A stretch of DNA of 64,000 nt, taken from an uncultured virus (IMG/VR IMGVR_UViG_3300021399_000104). Lineage: Duplodnaviria; Heunggongvirae; Uroviricota; Caudoviricetes. The position numbers and the translations under genes are program-made. A model generated the notes under the pieces. The model saw only the letters and a program-made list of their open reading frames with translations. It was not told the origin of the DNA and did no database searches. Below, piece by piece: positions 48,774 through 57,993 of this stretch (position 1 is the stretch's first letter; each line of letters starts with the position of its first letter). Where the stretch lies: the IMG/VR virus record IMGVR_UViG_3300021399_000104; one strand, 5' to 3'.

Positions 48774-51599
48774 ATGAGTAAAATACTAGCAGTCGCGGAC
48801 ATTCATATTCACGCTTATCCTAATCGAAACCCAGAAAATGATTATCGACTTTACCAGGGATCGCGAGTCGTGGTTGAAAATATAATAAAAGCTGGTAAAG
48901 AAAATGGATGCGATTATATAGTCCTGGCCGGTGATATAGTCGAAAAATCAATTATCCGACCTTATGTACAGGCTGAAGTTAAATATTTCTTGGATCGTTT
49001 AATGTCAGAGTTTAAAGGTGGATGGATAATATACGGAAACCATGATCAAGACTCTAAATCTGACGACCAAAAAATAGAGGATTCAGTGTTGGGTGTTATT
49101 CTGCCTCCAAATCTTATCTATGCTCACCAAATGCAACTTGAAATGGAAGGAACTAAGATAGGATTTTCAAACTGGCAACCTAACTTCGACTTGTCATGGA
49201 TCCAGGGAAAACTAGACGTCCTCTTTACACATGCCACTATCAGCTACTCAAACAGTGATATGATACATTCACAAGAGCTGGATGAAAGTAAATTTGACCT
49301 AGCTATTTGTGGAGATATTCATAAACCAGGCCAAATAGGAAAGTATGTGTCTATTGGTATTCCACAACGATGCAAAATGTCCGATGGTGAGGAATGTACT
49401 GGTGTTATCTTTGATGTACCTACAAAAACTTGGTCATATGTAAATCTAAACCCTTCCGATAACTTAATGAAATTCGAATATACGACTGAAATTGAGAGAG
49501 AAGGATGGGATAAAGATAAACACACCTGGTATATCTATCGACAAGACCCAACGAAAAATGTTATTAACGCTAAAACTACAACAGAGGCTTGGGAAGAAAT
49601 AGGAAAATTAATTGAATCCTCGATAAAAACTAATGATCTGGTTGGAGTACATAGCGAAGTCTTAAGAAATATTAAGAACATAGATGCTGGGGAAATAGAT
49701 TTTAACTTCACCTTAACTAAATTCTATTGTAAAAATTGGAGAAGTATAGATGAATGTACACTCTATTTTCAAGACGGAGATAAAATTCTACTCCAAGGTT
49801 CTAACGGCTCTGGAAAATCATCTCTCCTCTCCGCGATAAAATATGCATTCGTTGACGTCTCTGATACAAAGGGACTAACCTCATTAAAACCATTCATTCA
49901 ATTTGGAACTAAAGAATGTGTGACAGAGGTAGAATTCCTGTATCAAGGATCTGAATGCAAAATACGTCGCGGAACAGCTACTAATGACTTTGGATTGTGG
50001 ATAAATGGAGAACAACAAAAATATAATAACAAGAAAGCATTTGAGGCCGATGTTAGAACGAAATTTCCATTCATCCTCTATATGGACACCTTCTTCCTCG
50101 ATCCAGACCATAACCAATTAATCGGAGGTATGTCAGTCGAGAAGAAATCATTAATCGTCTCTAAATTCTTAAAACTGGACCGAATTGATACCTTCCATGA
50201 TACAGCCGAAGTTATGCAGGATAATATAAAGAAGGATAAAAATGCTATCACTTCACATATCCAAGAAGCCTCACGAATAATAGAATATGTTAAGGAAAAA
50301 CTCATAAACCTGATACTCCCTAACGAATCTAAAGAATTACTCCTACAAAAACAACAGGAGGGAATTATACTGCAAAAGAAATCACAAGAATGGAATAACT
50401 TCTTAACTCTCTCAGCTAACTATCAAGCCATCATCGATACAGGGGTGAAAAAACTACAAGACTTGATGGAAAAACTGAAGAATAAAAGAAACTCCGATAC
50501 TATAGATTTTGAAATTTCCGGCCTCAAAAATAAAATCAACGAAATCCAACAATATATGGTAGAGCTTGGCAATATCAAAACTAAACTCTCCTATAAACAA
50601 AAGGAAATCGATGACCTGAAAAACGAGGGGAATAATGCATGGCGAGAGGCTCAAAGTATAGGACTGGGAAAAACTTGTAGCCTTTGTGGACAGATAATTA
50701 AAACCTCTGACGTACTACAAAGACATAAAGAAGAACTGCTAGAGAAAGTCGAGATGTTGAAAAAGAAAAAACAAGTACTCGACAAAGAACTGGCAGAACT
50801 GGAGGAACAATGGAATAACTCCGAAAATATCTGGAAACAAGGACAACAAGAAATAGAAAGGCTTAATACACAAATCTCATCACTCCTATCTGAAAAAACT
50901 TACTGGAATGGACTAGAACAAGAATTAATCAGTACTAGACATGCCATAGATGAAGCTAAAAATAAACTTAGAGGATTAGGAGCACCAGAAAAAGTAGAAT
51001 TGCCAGATAATTTCATCGAAGCTATGAACTATATATCATCGGGAATTAATACCTGGCAAACTTATGAAAACCTGGAACGAGATAAACAACAAGCGGAATT
51101 AGAAATAGGACAATACCAGGATAGAGTTAATGTCTTAGACCAACAAATACAAGCCCTCGATAAATACATTAACGTAACGGGACCCACTGGAGTAATATAC
51201 CAAGAAATCCTAAATCGACTGGCTCAACAATTCTCAGACACTACCGTTAACTATATCGTGAAAAAATATACTAACCGAGGAGATCACCTAAACCTCGAAT
51301 CACAATATAATAATAACGGAAATTGGGTGGACTATGGAGCTTGTAGCAGTGGACAAAAGACTGTTCTGGATATTCACTTCTTACAAAAAATAGTTTCAAG
51401 ATTAGGATTGCTGGTGATGGATGAATTCCTTAAACACCTAGACGGAAATAATCATGATATTTGCCTCGATATGATAAACGGAATGAATATCGGATGTATC
51501 ATGATCTCTAGCCATATGGAATCTATCGCAGCTTTCAATAACCATACTATTAAACTTGAATTAAATAACGCAGGATTAACAAAAATAAACTATGAGTGA
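48774..51599 (+). CDS. Fused SbcD/Mre11 nuclease - SbcC/Rad50 ATPase
   Basis: DIH, GD, GNHD, GDIH; GSNGSGKS, coiled coil, CSLC hook, SSGQ, VMDE, SH. Confidence 0.88.
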   Translation: MSKILAVADIHIHAYPNRNPENDYRLYQGSRVVVENIIKAGKENGCDYIVLAGDIVEKSIIRPYVQAEVKYFLDRLMSEFKGGWIIYGNHDQDSKSDDQKIEDSVLGVILPPNLIYAHQMQLEMEGTKIGFSNWQPNFDLSWIQGKLDVLFTHATISYSNSDMIHSQELDESKFDLAICGDIHKPGQIGKYVSIGIPQRCKMSDGEECTGVIFDVPTKTWSYVNLNPSDNLMKFEYTTEIEREGWDKDKHTWYIYRQDPTKNVINAKTTTEAWEEIGKLIESSIKTNDLVGVHSEVLRNIKNIDAGEIDFNFTLTKFYCKNWRSIDECTLYFQDGDKILLQGSNGSGKSSLLSAIKYAFVDVSDTKGLTSLKPFIQFGTKECVTEVEFLYQGSECKIRRGTATNDFGLWINGEQQKYNNKKAFEADVRTKFPFILYMDTFFLDPDHNQLIGGMSVEKKSLIVSKFLKLDRIDTFHDTAEVMQDNIKKDKNAITSHIQEASRIIEYVKEKLINLILPNESKELLLQKQQEGIILQKKSQEWNNFLTLSANYQAIIDTGVKKLQDLMEKLKNKRNSDTIDFEISGLKNKINEIQQYMVELGNIKTKLSYKQKEIDDLKNEGNNAWREAQSIGLGKTCSLCGQIIKTSDVLQRHKEELLEKVEMLKKKKQVLDKELAELEEQWNNSENIWKQGQQEIERLNTQISSLLSEKTYWNGLEQELISTRHAIDEAKNKLRGLGAPEKVELPDNFIEAMNYISSGINTWQTYENLERDKQQAELEIGQYQDRVNVLDQQIQALDKYINVTGPTGVIYQEILNRLAQQFSDTTVNYIVKKYTNRGDHLNLESQYNNNGNWVDYGACSSGQKTVLDIHFLQKIVSRLGLLVMDEFLKHLDGNNHDICLDMINGMNIGCIMISSHMESIAAFNNHTIKLELNNAGLTKINYE

Positions 51600-52044
51600 C
51601 AATTATTTAAAAGAGACTAACATTCCAAGTGACCTGACAGGATATATTGTGCTTGGAGAATTAGAACCGGAATTTAAAAATAAAGTCGATCAAGCCTATA
51701 CTACTGATAAAGATGCGTTCCTGTCTAATTTTATCATAGTTGTAAAAGGTGGGATTGTGATGGCCTCGCCTGAAGTGTCTGAATATTACCTGGGAGATGA
51801 GGAATTGTTTGAGATGATAAAGTCTAAAGTTAAAGAGTCAAGAGATAAACTTAATGAAATAGATTGGAATCTTCTTAATGGCTTAAATCAATACAAGGAA
51901 GCAATTGATAATGATTCTTATAAATTTGCACCTTATTATTGGTCAGGAATGAATGGAGCTAATAGTGTTTGGTGTAATCCATCTACCTTAACAACTTCAG
52001 TAACTTCAGGAACATATTATAATACTACAACAACCTCATACTAA
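51592..52044 (+). CDS. Hypothetical protein
   Basis: 150 aa. Confidence 0.7.
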   Translation: MSDNYLKETNIPSDLTGYIVLGELEPEFKNKVDQAYTTDKDAFLSNFIIVVKGGIVMASPEVSEYYLGDEELFEMIKSKVKESRDKLNEIDWNLLNGLNQYKEAIDNDSYKFAPYYWSGMNGANSVWCNPSTLTTSVTSGTYYNTTTTSY

Positions 52045-52443
52045 ATGGAAAACATATCTTACAATTACACGAGTAGATTTTCATTAGTTGAAGATTTGGC
52101 GGCATTTTGGCAAGAACGATTACCAGAGATTCCTAGAATTAAGACACTAATGATGAACGTACAGCTCTTATTCAACTTGCCATCTAATCGTGTAATGTTG
52201 GAAGTAGCTGAAGGACAAAGAATTTATAAGGTAACGTTTATGACCCCTGATGTAGAAAAAATTCCTTTCGGATGGGTTGTATATCTGCCTCAAATTAAAC
52301 AAATAGACCTGTATTCTGTTAGAGATGCCGGAATGCCTATGGTGCAATGGAAGAATAAGAAGATTGTAACTAAGAATTTCGACTATCTATTTGAACGAGC
52401 AGGTATAGAAACGATATTTAATAAACTAGTCAATTCATTATGA
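52045..52443 (+). CDS. Hypothetical protein
   Basis: 132 aa. Confidence 0.7.
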   Translation: MENISYNYTSRFSLVEDLAAFWQERLPEIPRIKTLMMNVQLLFNLPSNRVMLEVAEGQRIYKVTFMTPDVEKIPFGWVVYLPQIKQIDLYSVRDAGMPMVQWKNKKIVTKNFDYLFERAGIETIFNKLVNSL

Positions 52444-52775
52444 GAGATGATCAAACTAGAGTCCTTGTGTCAGATTGGAAGACTATTAAACAATTTATAC
52501 CAGTCGATCCTCAGGCAGAAGAACAAGGACTAACACCACGATTCGGTTGGGTAACTGATAACCTTAGAATTAAGTACGGTATCTATGTAGAAGCTAGACC
52601 TGTTACTAATTCAGAGCTATCACAAGAAGGTCCATCACAAGCAGTTTATGGATTTAAAGGTACTGCTATCTACCTGAAAGATAGTATAGTCTATAAGAAC
52701 TTTACTATTTCTAAATCTACTTATTTTGCTGCCATCCGAGAAGCTATTAATAAAGCTATCGAATGGGTGAAATAA
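52440..52775 (+). CDS. Hypothetical protein
   Basis: 111 aa. Confidence 0.7.
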   Translation: MRDDQTRVLVSDWKTIKQFIPVDPQAEEQGLTPRFGWVTDNLRIKYGIYVEARPVTNSELSQEGPSQAVYGFKGTAIYLKDSIVYKNFTISKSTYFAAIREAINKAIEWVK

Positions 52776-52892
52776 TCTAACATGGGAGAGAAGATCTATT
52801 AGGGATTTTTCTTTCCCTTCTTTTCTTTATATGAGAGAGGAAAAACTCTCAATGTATTAAATTAAATTATTAACAACTTAAACAAAATTAAA

Positions 52893-53513
52893 ATGACGAA
52901 AGCAGAAATTAAAAAATGGATGAACATTGGAATGGTCGTCCTAGGAGCAATCGGTGCCGGTGCTGCTGTCTTTTTCGCAGGTCGGCAAGGTCTTAAGCAC
53001 TTTAAAGCTTTAGAGGCAGCTAGAATGGCAGCTGAAGCGTATCGACAGTCTAACCCTTCACAACAAGCAGAAGGTGATTTTGCACAGCCTAAAGTTGGTT
53101 GGGGTGAAAACTGTGGATATCATGGGAGTATCTATTCTCAGTCTAAGCCATCTGCAGTTAAGAAGAAGGAAAATGATGAGGAGACTGCACTTCTACTTTG
53201 CGTTCAGTCTATCGCATCTATGTTCTCTAAGCTGTTTAAAGTATGCCAGGCAGGTGTGATGATCGCTCGTGAACTCTCTAATGTGTTCAAGCCAGATCTC
53301 ATTGGCCAGGATCAGTATTACGGTGAAAATGTTTGGGATAATCGAGTCTTCAACAATACTCATACCTATAATAATGGTTGGGGAGCTCCAAAACAAGACC
53401 CAAACAATCCGGCCCCATGTTGGTTCAGACGCATCAACCCTATGATTGTTGAGGCTGTTCCTTACAATAAGCCAAATCAGCCCTCTTACTTCAATAGCGG
53501 CTGGGATTGCTAA
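52893..53513 (+). CDS. Membrane-anchored hypothetical protein
   Basis: N-terminal TM helix. Confidence 0.7.
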   Translation: MTKAEIKKWMNIGMVVLGAIGAGAAVFFAGRQGLKHFKALEAARMAAEAYRQSNPSQQAEGDFAQPKVGWGENCGYHGSIYSQSKPSAVKKKENDEETALLLCVQSIASMFSKLFKVCQAGVMIARELSNVFKPDLIGQDQYYGENVWDNRVFNNTHTYNNGWGAPKQDPNNPAPCWFRRINPMIVEAVPYNKPNQPSYFNSGWDC

Positions 53514-53830
53514 TTGGAACTGGTTAAAACCTTGGCTTCTGAAATGATATATGAAGCTACACGAACTGAGCTAACCTAAATCTATATGAATCCGAACCAT
53601 ATTACGTTGACCCCGGATTATCAAATGGGCCAGAACCGTATAGAACGATTGAAGAGAAAATTATATTATTAAGACAACCAATTAAGAGAATTTAATACAC
53701 CAGAAAAAACAAACAACCTAATGTGTCCAGGTTGCTCATTTTTTTTTCTTCTCTCTTCTAAACAAAAAAAAAATAAAGAAGGGAAAGAACTTAATCCTTC
53801 CCTAATTTCATTTTTAACTTCTCAATCTAA

Positions 53831-54787
53831 TCAATCAAGTCTTTCAACATCCCATTCCGGGTCGTGTTGCTCTAGAATGATCTTCTTATCATGAGCAGTC
53901 AGTTTTGCCAGTTCTTCTCCTAATTTGATTCCGTCTTCTCCGATGAATTTGTCTTCACCACGGAATCGGTTATATAGGTCTTGAACTTTTCTCAGCTCTC
54001 GCCTCCATGTGGGTTTGAAGCTGATTTCATAGATATTCTCTTCTGTTCCGTCCCCAATCTTTGAATATACTTTCACAGGGACAAAACCTAAGATCTCCTG
54101 TACCTTTTCTAATCCTAACCCAATATGAGCATAGATTCTCTTTATGGGCTGAGACTGATAGTATACATCACGTACAACTTTCCATTCTACTCCCGGTGCT
54201 AAATTAATAGCCTCGTTGAACCGGACAAGTCGAACGATCTTTGATTTTGATTCTTGGAGCTCTTTGATTAAGCCTCTCGACCCTCCACTCCAATCATAGT
54301 TATGTCGTAAGTAAGAGGACATTGCATCCACACTTACAGCACTTCCTTGACGACGTATTGCAGCCGCCAATTGATATTCCAGCCAAGATACCTGTTTAAT
54401 TTCAGGAACCTCGACTTCTTTCTTCTCCGCCTTTATAATAATAGGTGCGGAAGAAGTGTCCTTTATAGATACCTTCTTCTTTGGCAAAAAAGCTGCGTCA
54501 ATAGCTGCTTCTGCCTTTGGAAGGTCAGTAATTTCCCAAACACGGGGAATCTGACGACCCTTGACCTTAACAGAGTCATCAATTACTGAGTTTAACAATG
54601 GACCAAGTACTTTTGTCATGGTCAACACTGCCTGAGAAGGAACTATTTTTCTTTGTTCCCCTCGTTTGATGTTCTCCCCAGAAATGAGGAGATACAATTC
54701 ACTCGTAGTTGTGAGCTTACCACTCATCTTTCGAATGATGGTCTTATAGAAATCAGCCCACTCAAAAACCTTAGAATGAGGGTTCAT
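53831..54787 (-). CDS. Hypothetical protein
   Basis: 318 aa. Confidence 0.75.
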   Translation of the reverse strand: MNPHSKVFEWADFYKTIIRKMSGKLTTTSELYLLISGENIKRGEQRKIVPSQAVLTMTKVLGPLLNSVIDDSVKVKGRQIPRVWEITDLPKAEAAIDAAFLPKKKVSIKDTSSAPIIIKAEKKEVEVPEIKQVSWLEYQLAAAIRRQGSAVSVDAMSSYLRHNYDWSGGSRGLIKELQESKSKIVRLVRFNEAINLAPGVEWKVVRDVYYQSQPIKRIYAHIGLGLEKVQEILGFVPVKVYSKIGDGTEENIYEISFKPTWRRELRKVQDLYNRFRGEDKFIGEDGIKLGEELAKLTAHDKKIILEQHDPEWDVERLD

Positions 54788-55050
54788 ACGCTGCCCTCCT
54801 TTCTCCCAACTACCTTTCCAAGCTGGTAGTTAAGGTTGTTGTTCTCGTGGCTAAGTCTCCGGTTTTGCTTTTCCAGACCCCGAACTTCGCCCCTTAATCT
54901 TTCATTCTCAGTACCAGCAGAGTCTAACTTTCTCTGCAATTTTCTGTTTTCGTTCATCTTCCACAGGCCTATTCCGCCTAATAGAAGAATTCCAGTAATG
55001 GCAACGATAAACGGTACCACTTTCTTCTTTTTCTTTTCTTCTGTCTCCAT
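54784..55050 (-). CDS. TM + coiled-coil small protein
   Basis: Poly-Lys, TM helix, heptads. Confidence 0.7.
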   Translation of the reverse strand: METEEKKKKKVVPFIVAITGILLLGGIGLWKMNENRKLQRKLDSAGTENERLRGEVRGLEKQNRRLSHENNNLNYQLGKVVGRKEGSV

Positions 55051-55145
55051 TTTTGATTTTTTTTAATTGGTTAATACTAAAGTTAATATTTTTATTATGA
55101 ATAGGTACTCAGCTATTTTTCTATACCCTTTCCCCAAGATTTTTC

Positions 55146-55328
55146 TTAATTCTGCTGAGGAGTTTTTTCTTCCTCCTCTTCGTCTTCAACCCCAAATGCT
55201 TTCGCTAAGGGTTTTACTAGATACTCATTAGCTAATGGCGCTGTGGCATCATACACCACATTGCCAACATGGGTAGAAATTGCTCCTACCACGAACAAGG
55301 TTATACCTTGTACTACTAAACTTAACAT
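55146..55328 (-). CDS. Small hydrophobic peptide with acidic tail
   Basis: 60 aa. Confidence 0.65.
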   Translation of the reverse strand: MLSLVVQGITLFVVGAISTHVGNVVYDATAPLANEYLVKPLAKAFGVEDEEEEEKTPQQN

Positions 55329-55485
55329 TTTCTAATCTTATTTTAGTTAAACGTAAATATTTCATTACGAATAAAGTTAGCTGTCTCTCCAAGCTGTCAC
55401 CTAATTATTAATCGCATTAGGTTAACTGGATTCTTTAATATATTCTGTTGCCAAGTTGAAGTTCTCCCTCTTCAACTCCGATTCA

Positions 55486-55716
55486 TCATTCCAAGTGTCC
55501 TCCAAGGAATGATATGCCAGAATCACTGAAATTAACTTCAGTAATACCCTTGGCAATCTCATCACGAGTCAGAGGCCTGTAATCCTTATCCTTCCACAGA
55601 TAATCTTCAGGATTCTCTGCCTCTTTTACGAGATAATCAAGAAATTGTTCCCTGCTTTCAGCGGCATAAACAAGCTCGCCAAAATAATTAGGAACTTTCA
55701 ATTTAAAAATCTTCAT
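55486..55716 (-). CDS. Hypothetical protein
   Basis: 76 aa. Confidence 0.65.
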   Translation of the reverse strand: MKIFKLKVPNYFGELVYAAESREQFLDYLVKEAENPEDYLWKDKDYRPLTRDEIAKGITEVNFSDSGISFLGGHLE

Positions 55717-55900
55717 TACCTACTTATTTTAAGGTAACTACTAAACCAATTTCTATTTGAATTGGCATCAAGTCAATCTGATTTTTTATAGGTGTCAGAT
55801 AAACCTAATCATCTCTTCATTATTCCCCATCAATAAGGGATTTGTCAACTGCTTTGAATAGGTACTCAGCTATTTTTCTATACCCTTTCCCCAAGATTTT

Positions 55901-56080
55901 TTATTCTTTTTTGTCGTTGTAGAAAGGAATATGTATCCCCTCTCTACTCAATACCTCTGGAATGACATCTTCTGTCATCCAGTCCTTAATCCAGAGGCCT
56001 ATATCTTTCAGACCTCTACCAACTCCCTCTCCTATTCCTCTTCCAATAAGAGAGAAAACGTCTAATAGAATTTTATTCAT
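55901..56080 (-). CDS. 59-aa amphipathic peptide (below ORF-track cutoff)
   Basis: MNKILLDVFSLIGRGIGEGVGRGLKDIGLWIKDW...KKE*. Confidence 0.6.
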   Translation of the reverse strand: MNKILLDVFSLIGRGIGEGVGRGLKDIGLWIKDWMTEDVIPEVLSREGIHIPFYNDKKE

Positions 56081-56158
56081 ATTTTATTTATTTAGTTGTT
56101 TGTTATGAATCGAAATTTATTGTTAGTTTAATTTCGGTTGCAATAACTTGAGTATTGC

Positions 56159-56215
56159 CACTGTTTCGACCTTGTTAATGGTCTCTTCAGGATAGGAATC
56201 AACCTATCTACAGTG
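56159..56215 (-). ncRNA. Type III hammerhead ribozyme
   Basis: CACUG-UA / GAUAGG..CCUAUC / CUGAAGA / GACC..GGUC / GAAA-CAGUG: complete core and three stems. Confidence 0.92.
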
Positions 56216-56278
56216 TTTCTCATATATAAGGAAAAGCAAAGAGAGGCTACCTTTTAATTTAGATAACCTCTCTTAAAC

Positions 56279-56473
56279 TTATTCTTTTTTACTACCTCCC
56301 AGGAAAATTTCCTTTAGGAGGCCCTCGTTGTCCTGGATGAACCAACCAACCAAGACTATGATTCCAATCCAGCCCAGGATGCTGAGCCAGAATATTTGAT
56401 GAAATCCACTGGCCATAAGAGCCAGGGTCAGAATTAACAGGATCCAACCTGTTATTTTTACTAAACTTTTCAT
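56279..56473 (-). CDS. Small two-TM membrane protein
   Basis: 64 aa, hydrophobic. Confidence 0.65.
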   Translation of the reverse strand: MKSLVKITGWILLILTLALMASGFHQIFWLSILGWIGIIVLVGWFIQDNEGLLKEIFLGGSKKE

Positions 56474-56514
56474 ATTTTTTATTTTTAGTTAAACATTACG
56501 AATAAATATTTTTA

Positions 56515-57165
56515 TTTGCCTTAGACTTCTCTTCTAAGGATTTTTGATATAAAACGACATGCTTCTTGTTCGTACTCTTCGTCTACTTATTCTTCACATT
56601 GTCGTAAGTGATACTGTAAACATCACTCCCATTATATCACGATCTTATACTTAAACTATAATCATTTACAGTGGTTATATTTCTTTCTAAGTTCAGGTAA
56701 TCGATTTACCCTACCTCGTTTTGAAAGATTTCTCTAGTCCACCTTTATCAGATGTTTTCAATCTTTCTTGGTATCAGAACTTTTTCAGTCCTAATTATTT
56801 TATTTGTTATATTGAGTAGAAGTTAGACTAAAACGTCCTTACTCCTTACTCTGTTTTGAATTCCACATTTTTTTTATAAATCTTTATTCCGCTCGCCGCC
56901 TAACATACAGAAATGAAGGCTTAACAACTTCCTTCCTGAAATTAATCAGTTCTGTATGGTGTGACTACTTTATACTCGCAGCGTCGAGTCCAGCATGGCC
57001 AAACTGGTGATTCGCTATGATCTGACTTACCTCACACAACCTTTAGTATGGTCATTTAAAGATATTTCTACCTTTCTCATAGCTAGTGTCCTAAACGAAA
57101 CACGCCAAAAATAAAACGAGGTAAACTTAATTACCTCCTTTAGTGGCCCTTTTCAAGCCAATTCT
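56515..57165 (-). ncRNA. Large structured ncRNA candidate
   Basis: No ORF of 60 aa or more, promoter at 57170-57183, many local and long-range helices. Confidence 0.6.
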
Positions 57166-57203
57166 TTTATCATATATAAGGAATTGAGTGGTATTTGAGA
57201 AGG

Positions 57204-57283
57204 AAAAAATAAGGGGAACTATTCTCACGAACGGTTCCTCCTCGGTTATAAACTTTTTGGAAATAATAGATTTTGTTATTCAT
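57204..57283 (-). ncRNA. Small RNA candidate C
   Basis: Promoter 57284-57297, GUUC-GUGA-GAAU-AG hairpin, U-tract. Confidence 0.55.
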
Positions 57284-57361
57284 CTATATATAAGGAATTG
57301 AGCCGGAAATGAGAATAAAAAAAAATAGAAAACTTTTTAAGGTTCCCTATTAGGTGTTCAG

Positions 57362-57709
57362 AATACTAACTTTCATCTAGATTCCAACTAGATTCTCCGA
57401 TTCTCTTAATTAGGATTGTCGGTATGTTGGCCCTTATAGTTACAAATTTCTATAAAATCTGCTTTCTACATTTTTATGATAAACATAAAATGTGTGGATG
57501 AACTACAACACCCGAGACACCATTTGCAAAACGCATTTGGCTTACATTTTATAGCCGGCCATATTATAGGTGTCTTGTTCCTCTTTGAACTAAATGATTC
57601 ACCAATATGACCGGCTAATTCGTTATCTAAATTTTATAATACTAACTTTCATCTAGATTCCAACTAGATTCTCCGATTCTCTTAATTAGGATCGTCGGCG
57701 TGTTGGCCC
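57362..57709. repeat. 72-bp imperfect direct repeat (57362-57433, 57638-57709) flanking mini-IS
   Basis: Identical except 3 substitutions. Confidence 0.9.
57436..57641 (-). mobile_element. Non-autonomous IS607 derivative carrying omega RNA scaffold
   Basis: 57436-57450 = 5086-5100; 57499-57550 = 5148-5198 plus 1 nt; left-end-like AGTAT|..TAAAATTTA. Confidence 0.8.
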
Positions 57710-57993
57710 ATATACACCACCCAGTTAGTATCTGAAATTTTATTTTATGTTGTTTATTGTATGTTTTGAATAATGTTATTTCGTTATCACTATAATTGAT
57801 TATACAAGTTTTTAAGCTTTATAATCTTATTCATTTTACTGAATACATAATGGATATAATCTGGTTTCGATATCACCAATAATTATAGTTCTGATAACAA
57901 TTTTATTAATATGAATTTTGTGTCCCAAATAAAAATTTATATTCTTCCATATATTAGGAATTGGGGGCCTCTAAATTTCCTATCCCCCTTTAG

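Larger units (their letters stand above)
55098..55901 (-). repeat. 47-bp exact direct repeat at 55098-55144 and 55855-55901
   Basis: TGAATAGGTACTCAGCTATTTTTCTATACCCTTTCCCCAAGATTTTT, each just after a small-peptide gene. Confidence 0.85.

Noticed and set aside
57362..57709. DGR template/variable repeat pair
   Set aside because: Few differences, not all at adenines, non-coding, and no reverse transcriptase in the window
57960..57993. HDV-like (theta) ribozyme after the tRNA
   Set aside because: Only a simple G5/C5 hairpin merging into the next promoter; no double pseudoknot visible
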